Shown here: piece by piece, positions 12,536-24,681 of the stretch | Numbering within the stretch: the first letter of the stretch is position 1 | How the letters are laid out: every line of letters begins with the position of its first letter | NCBI GenBank assembly: GCA_964016885.1 | Contig: OZ024742.1 | Coordinates: forward strand, 118,606,001 to 118,670,000 | Direction: 5' to 3' | From: Eledone cirrhosa | Taxonomy: Eukaryota | DNA: 64,000 bases | Position numbers and translations under genes: made by a program | The notes under the pieces: model-generated | What the model was told of the DNA's origin: nothing | What the model saw: the letters and a program-made list of their open reading frames with translations, nothing else | Databases searched by the model: none

Positions 12536-13439
12536 CTGTGTGCATATATGTATGTAGCTTAGTAATTAGGCTATTGAACTCAACTAAACGACCTACTCAT
12601 AAAATGAATGTTGAAAGTGGCTAAGTATTTCACAAGCTCTTATATTCTCGGTGTAATTCTCAAGTAGAATCAGCGTGACACAGTGTGACAAATCAGCATG
12701 GGCCTTTAAGTTACATGCATATTCCATCTAATGGGTTCCGACAGTTTTTCTCTATCCAGGTTCACCTACAAGGTTCTGATTGACCCGAGACAATAGTAAA
12801 AACACGTACCCACACAAACTTCTTAACCACACAACCATAGCGATTTATATTAAGAGTTTTCCAAATGCTAGATAGTTTGTCAACGAAAACCTCAATAGGG
12901 GGACTTCCGTCAGTTTCGACGATGAGTTTTCCAGTCAATCAACGGAACCGCCTGCTCTTGAAATTAACGTGTAAATGTCTGAATATTCCACAGACACGTC
13001 TACCCTTAATATAATTCTCGGGGAGATTCGGCGAGACAGTGTATGATACGGCTGGCCCTTTGAATTACAGGCACAATCCATCTGACAGGCTTCCAAACAG
13101 CTAACTTCTGCTCAATTTTACTCACAAGACATGGGTCAACCCGAGGTTATGGTAAATGACAACATGGTCAAGATGCCATGGGATTGAACCGTAGACTCAA
13201 TGATGGCGACGAATTCGTTGACTAGGCTGCCATGTTCAGTTTACCAGTTAAGACTTCATAATTAGTGTCTACTTGTATGGTGATTTATCATTTGCCAGCC
13301 ATTATTCAGATACAAACCTATCCTTTGAAAATATGTCCATTCATATATTTAATTTTTTTTTGTTTCGATAAAACAGACTTCAGACTTCAGCTTTATTAAA
13401 AGATTTGTATATATGTGTATGTGTGTATGACGGAAAATA

Positions 13440-13561
<122 letters not shown>

Positions 13562-14507
13562 TGTGTGTGTGTGTGCGTGTGTGTGTGTGTGTGTATATAC
13601 ATATATGTATATAGATGTAAAGAGAAGGGGGGGGGGATAAAGGGGGTGAGAGGGAGAGAGAGAGAGGGGAAGAGAAAGAGAGAGAGGGAAAGCGAGAGAG
13701 ATGTGTGTGTATATGCGTATACATAAGTTAGTATATAAATATTTATGTAAGTATATATGTGTGTTGGGGGACGTTCATCCTATCGTCATATTTAACCTAC
13801 TTGTTCACTCCCACCTCAACTTCTTTAATTCATTTTTTTCCGTTTTTCGTTGTTGTTTTCTGTTGCTGCAGTTGTTACTACTTGTAACCCTCCGGGTAAG
13901 ATAAAGAATGCCATTTTGACACGAAATACTCATCAGTAATTATTATTTAGTCAAATAAAGTCATAGTACAAGAAAACATTCAATTTTCAAAATAAAATTT
14001 AAAAAAAATCAACAATAAGCAGTCTCAAATCTTACAAATACAAATATATTTTGATAAGTTATGATATTGTGAATATTTTTAGTCTTACCACAAAATAAAG
14101 GAAAATAATATTTTTTTGATATCTTGGAATTTTAAAATAATTCAAAACAGCCCAGGAGAGAAACTCCGAACGTCGTGTCAACTTTTCTCCTCTTTTAAAA
14201 GCAAAGCAACAAAATGCAATATGAGACCATAATCCTCATTTAGTAGACTAAATCACAGCAAACCAGCATCACGTTTACATAAAACTGTCATGATGTTCAC
14301 AATTGTTTCCTCCTGTTTCAGAAGCAGTAGGGGTCTTATAATTTGTCATAGAACATGAACCCATTGACAAATTGAAATGATTGGTATCGCAGATGCTTAG
14401 ACGTTATGTGGTTTGTAAATATTTAAGTACTCACACTACTTCAACATACTCTGTCAAAGTATCGGGATCTTCTGATGACCAGTTTGAATGTTTCTATCTT
14501 AGATGTA

Positions 14508-14695
14508 TAGGCGACGAATTGGCAGAGTCGTTAGAACGTAGAATAGAATGCTTGGTGATATTCGTTCCGGCTCTCTGCTGTCTGAGTTCAAATCCTACCG
14601 AGGTCAACTTTGCCTTTCATCCTTTCGAGGTCGCTAAAAAGAAGTACCAGTCTAGTATTGGTGTCGATTCTTCCTTTATATCTCTTTCTCATTTC

Positions 14696-14781
<86 letters not shown>

Positions 14782-14880
14782 AAGAAATATGCTATACTCA
14801 GGCCTGGAAAGGGATGGGCTCCGCCATGCTTAAGATGCCTAAGAAACGCCGTATGTCAATACGGTGCCCCTACGACTCTA
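14508..14880 (+). mobile_element. SINE subfamily with internal (CT)n and a distinct 3' tail
   Basis: Same head and core as the other SINEs. The tail GGGATGGGCTCCGCC..AAGAAACGCCGTATGTCAATACGGTGCCCCTACGACTCT is shared with 32020-32302. Confidence 0.75.
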
Positions 14881-15323
14881 TCAGGAGTTACGAGACCATA
14901 CATATTTACATACATACATCTTAGATGTAAATCTGAGCAATGGTTACTGCTTGAAAAGAAGCAGAAAATAATCTAAACTCTTCAGAGTTATGCACAATCT
15001 CTGTTTGAAGCTAGGTCTGTCCTGGACACTGTTTCCTCCACATCTTAACACTGTATTGTATTGTTTTAATTATTTGATGAAATTCAGAGGCGATTTGTGT
15101 GAAATTCAATAATACTGTAATTCGAATAATTCTAGAAAGCTTAAATTTTCCATTAGTAGGAACTAAATTACGTAATGTAGTGAACGAATACATTTTAATT
15201 AGAATTAGAAAAAGTCATTATATTAATAATTAGTTCTTGATAAGATAGGCATACTAGGCAACCCTCGGAATTAAACTTAATAACAAATTGTAATGAAGAA
15301 TGAATTTGGCGGCACGGTGACAA

Positions 15324-15417
15324 CTCCGGACATGTTTCGTAACTTAGTCGTGCCATTGCTGCAGAAAATGATCTTCAGAATAACTCTAACAGTCCTTTGA
15401 TTCCTCATCAACGAAAG
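15324..15417 (-). ncRNA. Degenerate hammerhead-like motif with long stem II region
   Basis: Minus strand reads CTTTCG-TTGATGA-...-GAAA-CATG-TC-CGGAG, with a palindromic ACATGT stem III. Confidence 0.35.
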
Positions 15418-15656
15418 CATAAGGAATGAGGGGAAGGCATACGTTCCTTTTGTTCCATGTGCAGTTCTGTAAGATTGTGCTATGGTATTTGTTTTACTTT
15501 GTTTTTTTGTACAAACGTGAATCAATGTGACCAGGTATTGATTTCTTCTCAAGTATTCCTTGCTCCAAAATGTTCATTAGAGTGACCGAAATGCTTTCAT
15601 ACACGTTGGGATTCTTAAATTGTCACCTGGGGGGGTTCTTCTAATTTTTACCTTCT

Positions 15657-15735
<79 letters not shown>

Positions 15736-16012
15736 TGTACATGCTTTACAATTTAGCCACTGAGTAACCGCTCGGTGAAAACAAATACTTAAAATTCAAA
15801 CTAAGAAGATAACTAACGAACGCACTAAACTGACTGACAGACATACACACACACACATACACACACACACAGACAGACACACAGATACACACACGCAAAT
15901 AGATAAATGTGTGTGTATTTATTTGTTTGTTTGTGTGTGTGTCTATGTGTGTGTTTGCGTGCGTTTGTGTGTGTGTATGTATGTATGTATGTATGTATGT
16001 ATGTATATGTAT

Positions 16013-16600
16013 CTGGTAACATGTATCCCAGTACAACCTGTCCCATGGTCGGGTCGTTGGCGACTAAACTGGCAACCCCACCAAGGTTTCTTGGTGAGGA
16101 GGGTGACTTTGGACATCCTGCAGGACTAAAAACAAAACCTGTCAAAGGGCAAAGGAGCTCTTAAGAATCAATGGCCATCCAAAATCACCGGGAGAGATGA
16201 CCCCTTAGCCTTTGTCAAGGCAGAATTCTAGGAGAAGGAAAACTCTGATATAACACCTGCAACCCTGATGGTATCCAATGATGTTGACTTGTTCTTCTTT
16301 TTGGTAAATATCATCTTGGTTAAGAGAGTGGGACTGGCTTTGTGCAGTGCCTTTGCTCACTATAAAAGCTTCACGGCACAGGCATTGCTTTGTATCTGGA
16401 GATCTTTCTGCACTTGTCGTCACATGGTACCAAAGGTAAAGCACTATGTGTCAATAATTGTCACAAGTGTAGTGTTTGTACCAGAGTTTTAAAGTCGCTG
16501 GCTGGACTAAAAAGTCACACTCGTTCAGCGCATCGGTAGGGGTTCTCCTACATGGATATAAAGTAGTGGCCGTACTCGAAAACGAGTTGGCAGCCACCAT
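16013..16600 (+). mobile_element. RTE-derived bipartite element, subfamily A
   Basis: Reverse-complement copy of 333-939, inserted in (ATGT)n. Confidence 0.85.
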
Positions 16601-16879
16601 GTATATGTGTGTAGGGGGGGGGGGGTTTCTTTGTCAATGTTTATGTTTTTCTTTGCAATGTTTTTTCTTTATCCATAATGTATTATAATGATTAGTTATA
16701 GATGGCAACAGTGTACTCTTCTCAGACAGATATTGTACAGCAATAAATAAAAAGGGGGTTTCGAGAGAGAATAAACACGCACGAATAATGATTTATTTTC
16801 AGAGACGTAGAGTAAGGGAGAATAATTTTCAGTATTGCTAGAATATCTTATAATATATATGAATTTAAGTAAAGTAAAT

Positions 16880-17070
16880 ATAATTGTTTCTACTTTTGGC
16901 ACAAGGCCAGCAATTACCCAGTGCATTACTGGCACTTTATTTTATCGACCCCGTAAGGATGAAAGGCAAAGTTAACCTTGGCGGGATTTGAACTCAGAAT
17001 GGCAAGGGACGTAACTCTATGCGTCAAAGCATGGCGTCCGACCCTCTACCGATACTGCCAATCCACCGCC
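16880..17070 (-). mobile_element. tRNA-derived SINE (further copies at about 26095-26270 +, 26935-27080 -, 29565-29685 +, 29995-30195 +, 47455-47636 -, 62351-62505 +)
   Basis: Reverse complement of the SINE consensus. Confidence 0.8.
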
Positions 17071-17158
17071 CTAGTAAAGTAAATATAATGAAAATATCCT
17101 CCACACATTCACATACATGTATACATATATACATACATGCATACATATATACATATAT

Positions 17159-17230
17159 GATGGCTTCCCCCTCGTTATCGAGTATGGCCATTACATGATA
17201 AAAAATACATATACATACAAACACACACGC

Positions 17231-17322
<92 letters not shown>

Positions 17323-17742
17323 TAATAATTATATATATATATATTAATAATTAACTGTGCTGCGATCGAATGTGGCTTTTTAACCCAGCCAATGATCTAA
17401 AATGCTTTGCACAGAGTTGGCAATCATGATAAAAATATTCACTGGCAATGGTCGACTGTCGCTGGTTGTCATGTACTTTTGCATGTCGCTTGAGCCCTCC
17501 TGCTGATCTACACTATTTACCAAATGTTTAGCAGGTATGATGAGGACCTTTACTGTCTGGAAATGCAACAGCAATGCCTTTCCTGACATCACTTTTTACT
17601 TTCTCGTATGCGATTCGAGATGCTTCAAAAGCAACTTCCCCTCATGTACAGTCTTTCTCCATTTACTACGATCAGTAGCTACATTTTCCCATGTATCAGC
17701 AGAGATGTTAGCGTCTTCCGAGGAGGCTTTCAACGAATCCTT
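17159..17742 (-). mobile_element. RTE LINE 3' end with two C2H2-type zinc fingers, 3'UTR and terminal hairpin
   Basis: YKDSLKASSEDANISADTWENVATDRSKWRKTVHEG, then ..CRSAGGLKRHAKVH and [25 protein letters not shown]. Terminal hairpin at 17159-17195. Confidence 0.8.
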
Positions 17743-18010
17743 ATACACACATACATACACACATACAGATACACATACATACATACAAACATACATAAAT
17801 ACACACATACATACACACACACATACAGATACACACACATACATACATACATACATACATACATACATACATACATACATACATACATACATACATACAT
17901 ACATACATACATACATACATACGCACACACTCATACATACATACATACATACATACATACATACATACATACATACATACATACATACATACATACATAC
18001 ATACATACAT

Positions 18011-18354
18011 GATGGCTGGTCCCTCGTTATTGAGTATGGCCATTGCACGATATACCATTATTAATAATTATTAATTAATTCTATCCTGCAATGCCTGTGC
18101 GTGAAGATATTTTTTTAAAGTGAGGAAAGACTGTGCACTGAGCCAATCCCACTCTCTGAGCGACAGTAGCTATAACCCGAAAAGAAGAAAAGATCAACAT
18201 CATCGGTAACTACTGAGCCGCAGGTTTTATATTGGAGTTATCCCAGTTTCCTGAGTTGCCTTCTCCTAGAAGAATGCCCTGACAAAGGCTAGGAGTCCTT
18301 CACTCCCAGTGATTTAACCGCGCGATCGGGTGTCCAGCCCGACTATTTCTAGCA
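18011..18354 (-). mobile_element. RTE-derived bipartite element, subfamily B (5' block joined to 3'UTR/hairpin)
   Basis: Shares CTAGGAGAAGG, GATGTTGA, GAGTGGGA and GGCATTGC blocks and the 3' hairpin with subfamily A, but lacks the zinc-finger segment. Confidence 0.7.
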
Positions 18355-18442
18355 TATATACATACATACATACATACACACATACACACATACACACATA
18401 CATACATACATACATACATACATACATACATACATACACGAT

Positions 18443-18745
18443 GTGATAGCTAGAACCATCTGGAACGCACTAAGGAAAACAAAATTAAAAACAAATGAGC
18501 TACCCACTAGATGTCAACGTTGTAAGAAAAATACAAGAGAAGGAGGACATCTACGAACCATTGATGAGGAGTTTGCAGATCCAGTATCCAAGATTCACCT
18601 TCAGCTTCATACTCATTATCATTATTGGAGCTATAGGTTATATACCAACCCGCTTGGACCAAATTTTGCAAAACATTCTTGCAATACAAGAGATGACAAT
18701 TTTTTTTTTCTTTTACAATATAGCCGGTCAAAATGTACTCGAAAT
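18443..18745 (+). mobile_element. RLE-type LINE C-terminal fragment (R4/Dong-like)
   Basis: MSYPLDVNVVRKIQEKEDIYEPLMRSLQIQYPRFTFSFILIIIIGAIGYIP resembles the end of an RLE domain (K..KY..L...IIIGALG). Confidence 0.6.
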
Positions 18746-18797
18746 TAAGAAAAAGGGAAACATACATACATACATACATACATACACACATACATAC

Positions 18798-19100
18798 GTG
18801 ATGGCTGCAGACTCTGCTTAGAGTAGTGCAATCGCTTGTCAAATTATAGGCTACGGCCATCCACACGAACCTGTAATATATCCTGAACAAGCAATGCCCG
18901 TACTTTGAAGGTTTTTTTAATTGGGGAAAGGCCTTGCACTCGACCAATCCCACTCTATGCGCATCGAAAATACTACCCGAAAAGGAGAACTGGTCAACAT
19001 CATCGGATGCTTCCGAAGCCGCAGGTTTTGGGGGGTTTTTTTCAGTTTCCCTCTCCTAGAAAGGTGTTGTGACAACAACTAGGGGCTTTTGACTCCCGGA
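18798..19100 (-). mobile_element. RTE-derived bipartite element, subfamily C
   Basis: Diverged copy of the same 5' block with a variant 3' hairpin, adjacent to (TACA)n. Confidence 0.65.
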
Positions 19101-20882
19101 TAAAAAAAACACATACATACATACTTCTTTTAATTTGAAACCTCACCTGTGAAAGAATGAACTGCAAAGTGTTCATTCGAATATTCCTCTGTACACAGAA
19201 AACTATAAGAAACCATTCTTATGTTATTATTTCATCGATTTTTGTGGATCTATCAAATGAGAGCTACTCATATGATTCCGTGTACGAATGAATATTACAA
19301 TAGCAATGCTATATATCATAAAGAATATAAAAAATAGCTGAAATGATCGATCTAATTTACAGTACTGGCATACGTGTGACGACGTGATTGATAAAATGAT
19401 GAATATTTATCCTAGAAAACAATGTATTCCTTCCTTACACGGAATCCTGGGAATGTTTGTTCTCTGATGAGTCAATAAAAATCGATGGAATGCAGGTGCA
19501 AGAATGATATCGTATGTTTTCCTGTGTGTGGAGAAATATTTGAACGTGTTTACATTTCGTAGTTCATTAATTTCACAGTTAAGGCTTTTAATTATAAAAA
19601 CCTATCTTATACCTATCTTAAGTTTACCTTAATCTTCAAATATACTTGGTATGTGAGAAAATGATACATTTACGAAGCAGAAACCAATTAGTTGTATGTT
19701 GACATAAATTGTTAGGGAAAGACAAAGTGGTAGAGGTGAAATAAAGAATGTGGACGATTGTGGATCCAAAAAGGTAACCGTATAGTTAAAGGGATGAATA
19801 ACAAGGTGAGACGTTTGAACAAAAATGGAAAGATGAAAAGATTAGAGAGTTTTTTTTTCTTCTGTTATTCGCTCGCTCTGATCGATCGACAAGATCCCAG
19901 ACCTCATTCGCTTGCCGAATGAGGTGGACATCGTCTAATTGGACCAAGGAGACAATGTTTCCATTGGTCTTTCCATTGCTGATACTATCTACCGGTTGCA
20001 ACTCCTGGCCAAAAGAGCAACGTGAAATAAAGTATCTTGCTCAAGGACACTGTGTTACTGAAAATTCGTTATATATTGCTTACTATACTTAGATTCCGAA
20101 GACTGCTCGATATATTTATTTATGCTTGCAAGATGTGAAAATACACCATCGGAATCTATAAAACTGTAGGCATCTTCTATAGAGGTTGCCTGTGAACCAT
20201 ACTTAGGATTTCTTGTCATGACTATATTAAGGTCATAGAAAGGGTCCGGCTGAGTAATATATGGAATAGCATCATCGTACGACGACGAAAAACGCTTGGA
20301 CACGCGTTACGTGTGTACTCTAAGAAACCAATAGAGGTCTCTCTCGAATGAACTCCAGAAGATGAGTAGGAGGCAAAGCAGAAACGTTGAGGTCTGTGGG
20401 AGAAGACCTAGCAGACATAGGCTTGGGCCTGTTCTAATAGCAGGCCTGTGATACGACTTTCAAACATACAGAATGGATATCACTCATCGCTCAGTGCTTC
20501 ATAAAGAGCAAAATGAACAAAAGAAGATGTTTAGGTCCTATAAATACTGGGAAGCTGGGAAAATGGTGGGACCTATTCACATGGCGGATTGTCGCACGTG
20601 TATTGCATAGTCCATGTTCTTGCACGAGTTTTCTACGCTGTACTCCTTGTGACATTCCGATTTAACTCTACATTGTGGCTCGATCTGCTAGAATCTCACT
20701 CAAATAAAACCCTAATTTTTTTACAATAGAGAACAGGAGAGTCATGGCCGGAAAGTCTTTAATAGGACTTCTCCCCTATTTATTATGTTAATTAGAAATG
20801 ACAGGTAGCAATATTTAAAACATATACATTTACATATGTAGGATAATACATACATACATACATACATACATACATACATACA

Positions 20883-20913
<31 letters not shown>

Positions 20914-22972
20914 CATTTTAATGGATTTCTGTCGAATCACCTACAAACTTAGATAAAGACATTTAATGGAACGGGAAGATTTTTGCTCGACCGGTTTGAC
21001 AACAATATATTTTTTTTTTTTGGTTAAACAATAAATCCGTATAAAAGAGGAATATATATAAATATTTCCGAGTCACTCACCTTGTATGTTGACCAGTACA
21101 GTAAGTAATATTATAAGTGAAAAGATTTATGTCTTCTGCTTTCGATCAACCGTGGTTGGAAATGGTAGACATCGCATGGACATCTGCCAATCATTAACTA
21201 ATTAATTCTTAATTATTGGCTCACTTGCAGATTTTGGTCGGTAGCCGAACCGTGCTAATGCCAAACAAACAGAGCGTTTGACTATTTAAACAATTTTAGA
21301 AAGAAGGAAAAGAATACGTAACAAATAAAATTGTTACAGTTAAAAGAACTATTCTTGTTAGAGAAGACTGGATTCAAAGCATTCTATAACTGTCTGAATT
21401 AATTGTAGAGAGACTTCATTATTTTATCTAATGTACTGGACCTTTTTAGTATGGAGAGCTTGTAAACTCAAATGACTCGATATTACAGGTATTTAATTTC
21501 ATAGAAGTTAAAAGAAAAGTCGCACCTTATCACTTCTTATACAAAATTCTTGCAGAATTTCGCAATCTAGGTCACATTTTCAAAAGCATCTTCCTCTTTA
21601 TATGTTTATCTTCCTCGTGAGATTTCATTAACATGATTCTCTCTTGGAATTGCAATGACTGAATAAAATTTCATCTCTAATTTATACTATGTACCGATGT
21701 AAAAATGTAAACATTAATGGTGGCTCATCAGAAACTGAACAGTATTGAACAAAATGCAAGGCAGTATTTAATTGCACTCCTTTACATTTTGAGTTCAAAT
21801 CTTCACAAGAAAGATTTTATCTTTCATCCGTCTTTTGTAGATAAAATAGAAGACAGTCAAGTACTGAAGTCGCTATAAACATGTATTCCTCAAAAAAGCT
21901 GTAATTTCGTTAGAAAGCCTTATTACTTTAAAAAAATTGAAATTGTAAACGTTACAATTGCTGCTTAAATATTTCGATATATTTATCATGAATGCAGTTG
22001 AGATTTCTTAAAGATGAAGTTTAGTGGGTTGGTGATGTGTAAATTTATTGTTGCATGGTAAGATTTAATTCATTAACAAGTCCTCTCAAATCACTTCCTA
22101 CTAACACATTTTCTCTCATTCTCCTCCTCTCTCTCTCTCCCATACACACTCACTCACTCTCTCTCCCTCTCTCTCCCTCACCTCTCAATCTCTAAACTCT
22201 CTCTTGCTCTCTCTCACTCACTCATTCTTTCTATGTACTGACTCGTCTAATGCTAAGAAACGCACCGAAAACCTATATATATATATATATATATTGTTAT
22301 ACTTTGGGAGGGTCATGTTGCCAATAAGAAACACACGCACCAGTTGCTTTCACTTCAATTTATTATAATAAATTTATAAATTTAGGAATTTATAAATTTC
22401 CGGTTGGTTGGTTGGTTCCACAACCAGATGGTTATTTATATATTGTCAAAGTTCTTTCGTCACACATTCTCTGACCTCTTCAGTGACTGGGGATTCTTTT
22501 CTTTGTTTTTGTGCCTCTCCTTTGTTCTGTCCTGCGCCATCTTGTTTCTGTGTGTGTGTTGTGTGCTCAGTCTGCGCATGCGCCACATCCGGGTGTCTGT
22601 GTGTGTTTATATTCGTTTATTTATTTGTTTATTTACATGTTACTGGCTGGTTGTTTGTTCTATGTGTGTGTGTGTTTTCATTTTGTCCTTAATTGTAAGT
22701 TGTGATGTTGCTGTTCCACTCATGTTTTCTATTTAATTTTGGTTGTAATTCTTTTATGTTTATTGCCTCTGTGATTTGTCTAAAGATTGCGTCTTTTCTG
22801 TGTGTAGATTCTATTTTTATTTCTATGTTCTCTAATTTACCCTTATGTTCTATTTTAGCATGTTGGTAGAGTACAGATGATTCTTTACTATCTTGAAGGT
22901 CTCGCCAGTGTTCATTTATCCGTTCCCCTACACTACGAGCTGTCTCACCTATGTACACTATATTTTTATCTC

Positions 22973-23396
22973 AACACTTATTAGCAAGACATACCCTTTT
23001 CAAAGACCCCCCTGTATAGATAAGAAATGTATAACCTGTAAATTAAGCCCCCATATTAACTGTAAAACTAGAAATGTAGTATATAGCATAAGATGTACTG
23101 AAGGACAATGTAGAGATAAAAATATAGTATACATAGGTGAGACAGCTCGTAGTGTAGGGGAACGGATAAATGAACACTGGCGAGACCTTCAAGATAGTAA
23201 AGAATCATCTGTACTCTACCAACATGCTAAAATAGAACATAAGGGTAAATTAGAGAACATAGAAATAAAAATAGAATCTACACACAGAAAAAACGCAATC
23301 TTTAGACAAATCACAGAGGCAATAAACATAAAAGAATTACAACCAAAATTAAATAGAAAACATGAGTGGAACAGCAACATCACAACTTACAATTAA
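22973..23396 (+). pseudogene. Penelope GIY-YIG endonuclease domain (C-terminal fragment of the ORF, open frame)
   Basis: PCIDKKCITC..NCKTRNVVYSIRC..C..VYIGETARSVGERINEH..RQITEAINI..LNRKHEWN. Mirror copy at 22689-22958 (-). Confidence 0.9.
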
Positions 23397-23598
23397 GGAC
23401 AAAATGAAAACACACACGCACATAGAACAAACAACCAACCACTAACATGTAAATAAACAAATATATAAACGAATATAAACACACACAGACACCCGGATGT
23501 GGCGCATGCGCAGACTGAGCACACAACACACACACAGAAACAAGATGGCGTAGGACAGAACAAAGGAGACGCACAAAAATCAAAGAAAAGAATCCCCA

Positions 23599-23641
23599 GT
23601 CACTGAAGAGGTCACAGAATGTGTGACGAAAGAACTTTGAC
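23599..23641 (+). ncRNA. Minimal type I hammerhead-like motif of the Penelope pLTR (copies at 22445-22487 - and 34118-34160 -)
   Basis: GTCA-CTGAAGA-g-GTCACA gaatg TGTGAC-GAAA-G aa C-TT-TGAC. Confidence 0.65.
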
Positions 23642-23857
23642 AATATATAAACAACCATCTGGTTGTGGAACCAACCAACCGGAAATTTATAAATTCCTAA
23701 ATTTATAAATTTATTATAATAAATTGAAGTGAAAGCAACTGGTGCGTGTGTTTCTTATTGGCAAGATGACCCTCCCAAAGTATAACAATATCAGTTTCAA
23801 CACACGTTTTCAGATAAAGAATCTTGCTAAACAAATTCAGAAACGATATATATATAT

Positions 23858-24616
23858 ATATATATGAATGTATATATAGTGTATTTTGCAATACACTGTA
23901 TGCTTAATTAAAAGCATTTCGAAGACTTTACGCTATTGTTTTAGAGTAGTGACAGTCTCACTTACTTTAAATGTTCAGCAAACAGGGGAGATAAAGCTGA
24001 CAGAGCTCTGTTTCGCACTTTTTGGTGCTTATCAAAGCTAACTACTCCGCCTGTTTGCTGAAAATCATGAATGTTTGATTCTTATAGAATTCTAGTAATA
24101 ATCAGGAACTGATTATACAGAGCGGTTGCCGGTCAAGCAGAAATTGTAAATTAGAATTGGTGCTCTGAAATAGCGATATATATATGAATGTATATATAGT
24201 GTATTTTGCAATAATATTATGCTTTTAATTAAGCTCTGTATAATCAGTTCCTGATTATTACTAGAATTCTATAAGAATCAAACATTCATGATTTTCAGCA
24301 AACAGGTGGAGTAGTTAGCTTTAATAAGCACGAAAAAGTGCGAAACAGAGCTCTGTCAGCTTTATCTCCTCTGTTTGCTGAAAATTTAAAGTAAGTGAGA
24401 TTGTCACTACTCTAAAACAATAACATAAGGTTTTCGAAATGCTTGCAAAATACACTATATATACATTCATATATATATCGCTATTTCAGAGCACCAATTC
24501 TAATTTTCAATTTCTGCTTGACCGGCAACCGCTCTGTATAATCAGTTCCTGATTATTACTAGAATTCTATAAGAATCAAACATTCAGCAAACAGGTGGAG
24601 TAGTTAGCTTTGATAA
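23858..24616. mobile_element. Retrozyme-like ~300 nt HHR-bearing repeat: about 1.1 units on - followed by about 1.3 units on +
   Basis: Direct repeats at 23858/24177 and 24234/24532. 24234-24616 is the reverse complement of the preceding block. HHR motifs at 23995-24039 (-), 24317-24361 (+) and 24606-24616 (+, truncated). Confidence 0.8.
23976..24060 (-). ncRNA. Type I hammerhead ribozyme, U3:A8 core variant
   Basis: AGCT-TTGATAA-GCAC caaaaa GTGC-GAAA-CAGAGCTCTG-TC-AGCT, with extended stem I CAGCAAACAGG.GGAG / CTCC.CTGTTTGCTG. Confidence 0.8.
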
Positions 24617-24681
24617 CATTTACACAATTAGGTACAAAATCAAAATTAGAAGAAAAAATGTACATAAACGTACCAAAATTA

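Larger units (their letters stand above)
22291..23845 (+). mobile_element. 5'-truncated Penelope-like element with inverted pseudo-LTR (arms about 22291-22972 and 23113-23790)
   Basis: Near-perfect ~680 bp inverted repeat with a 140 bp spacer, GIY-YIG coding sequence, one HHR-like motif per arm and (TA)n flanks. Confidence 0.9.

Noticed and set aside
19455-19505. CTGATGA hammerhead-like start (also near 13930, 14472, 21726 and 57400)
   Set aside because: GAAA box or stems are missing. Not distinguishable from chance.
22893-22972. N-terminus of the 167 aa ORF as a real start
   Set aside because: It is the antisense read of the inverted arm. Genuine coding similarity begins in the spacer.
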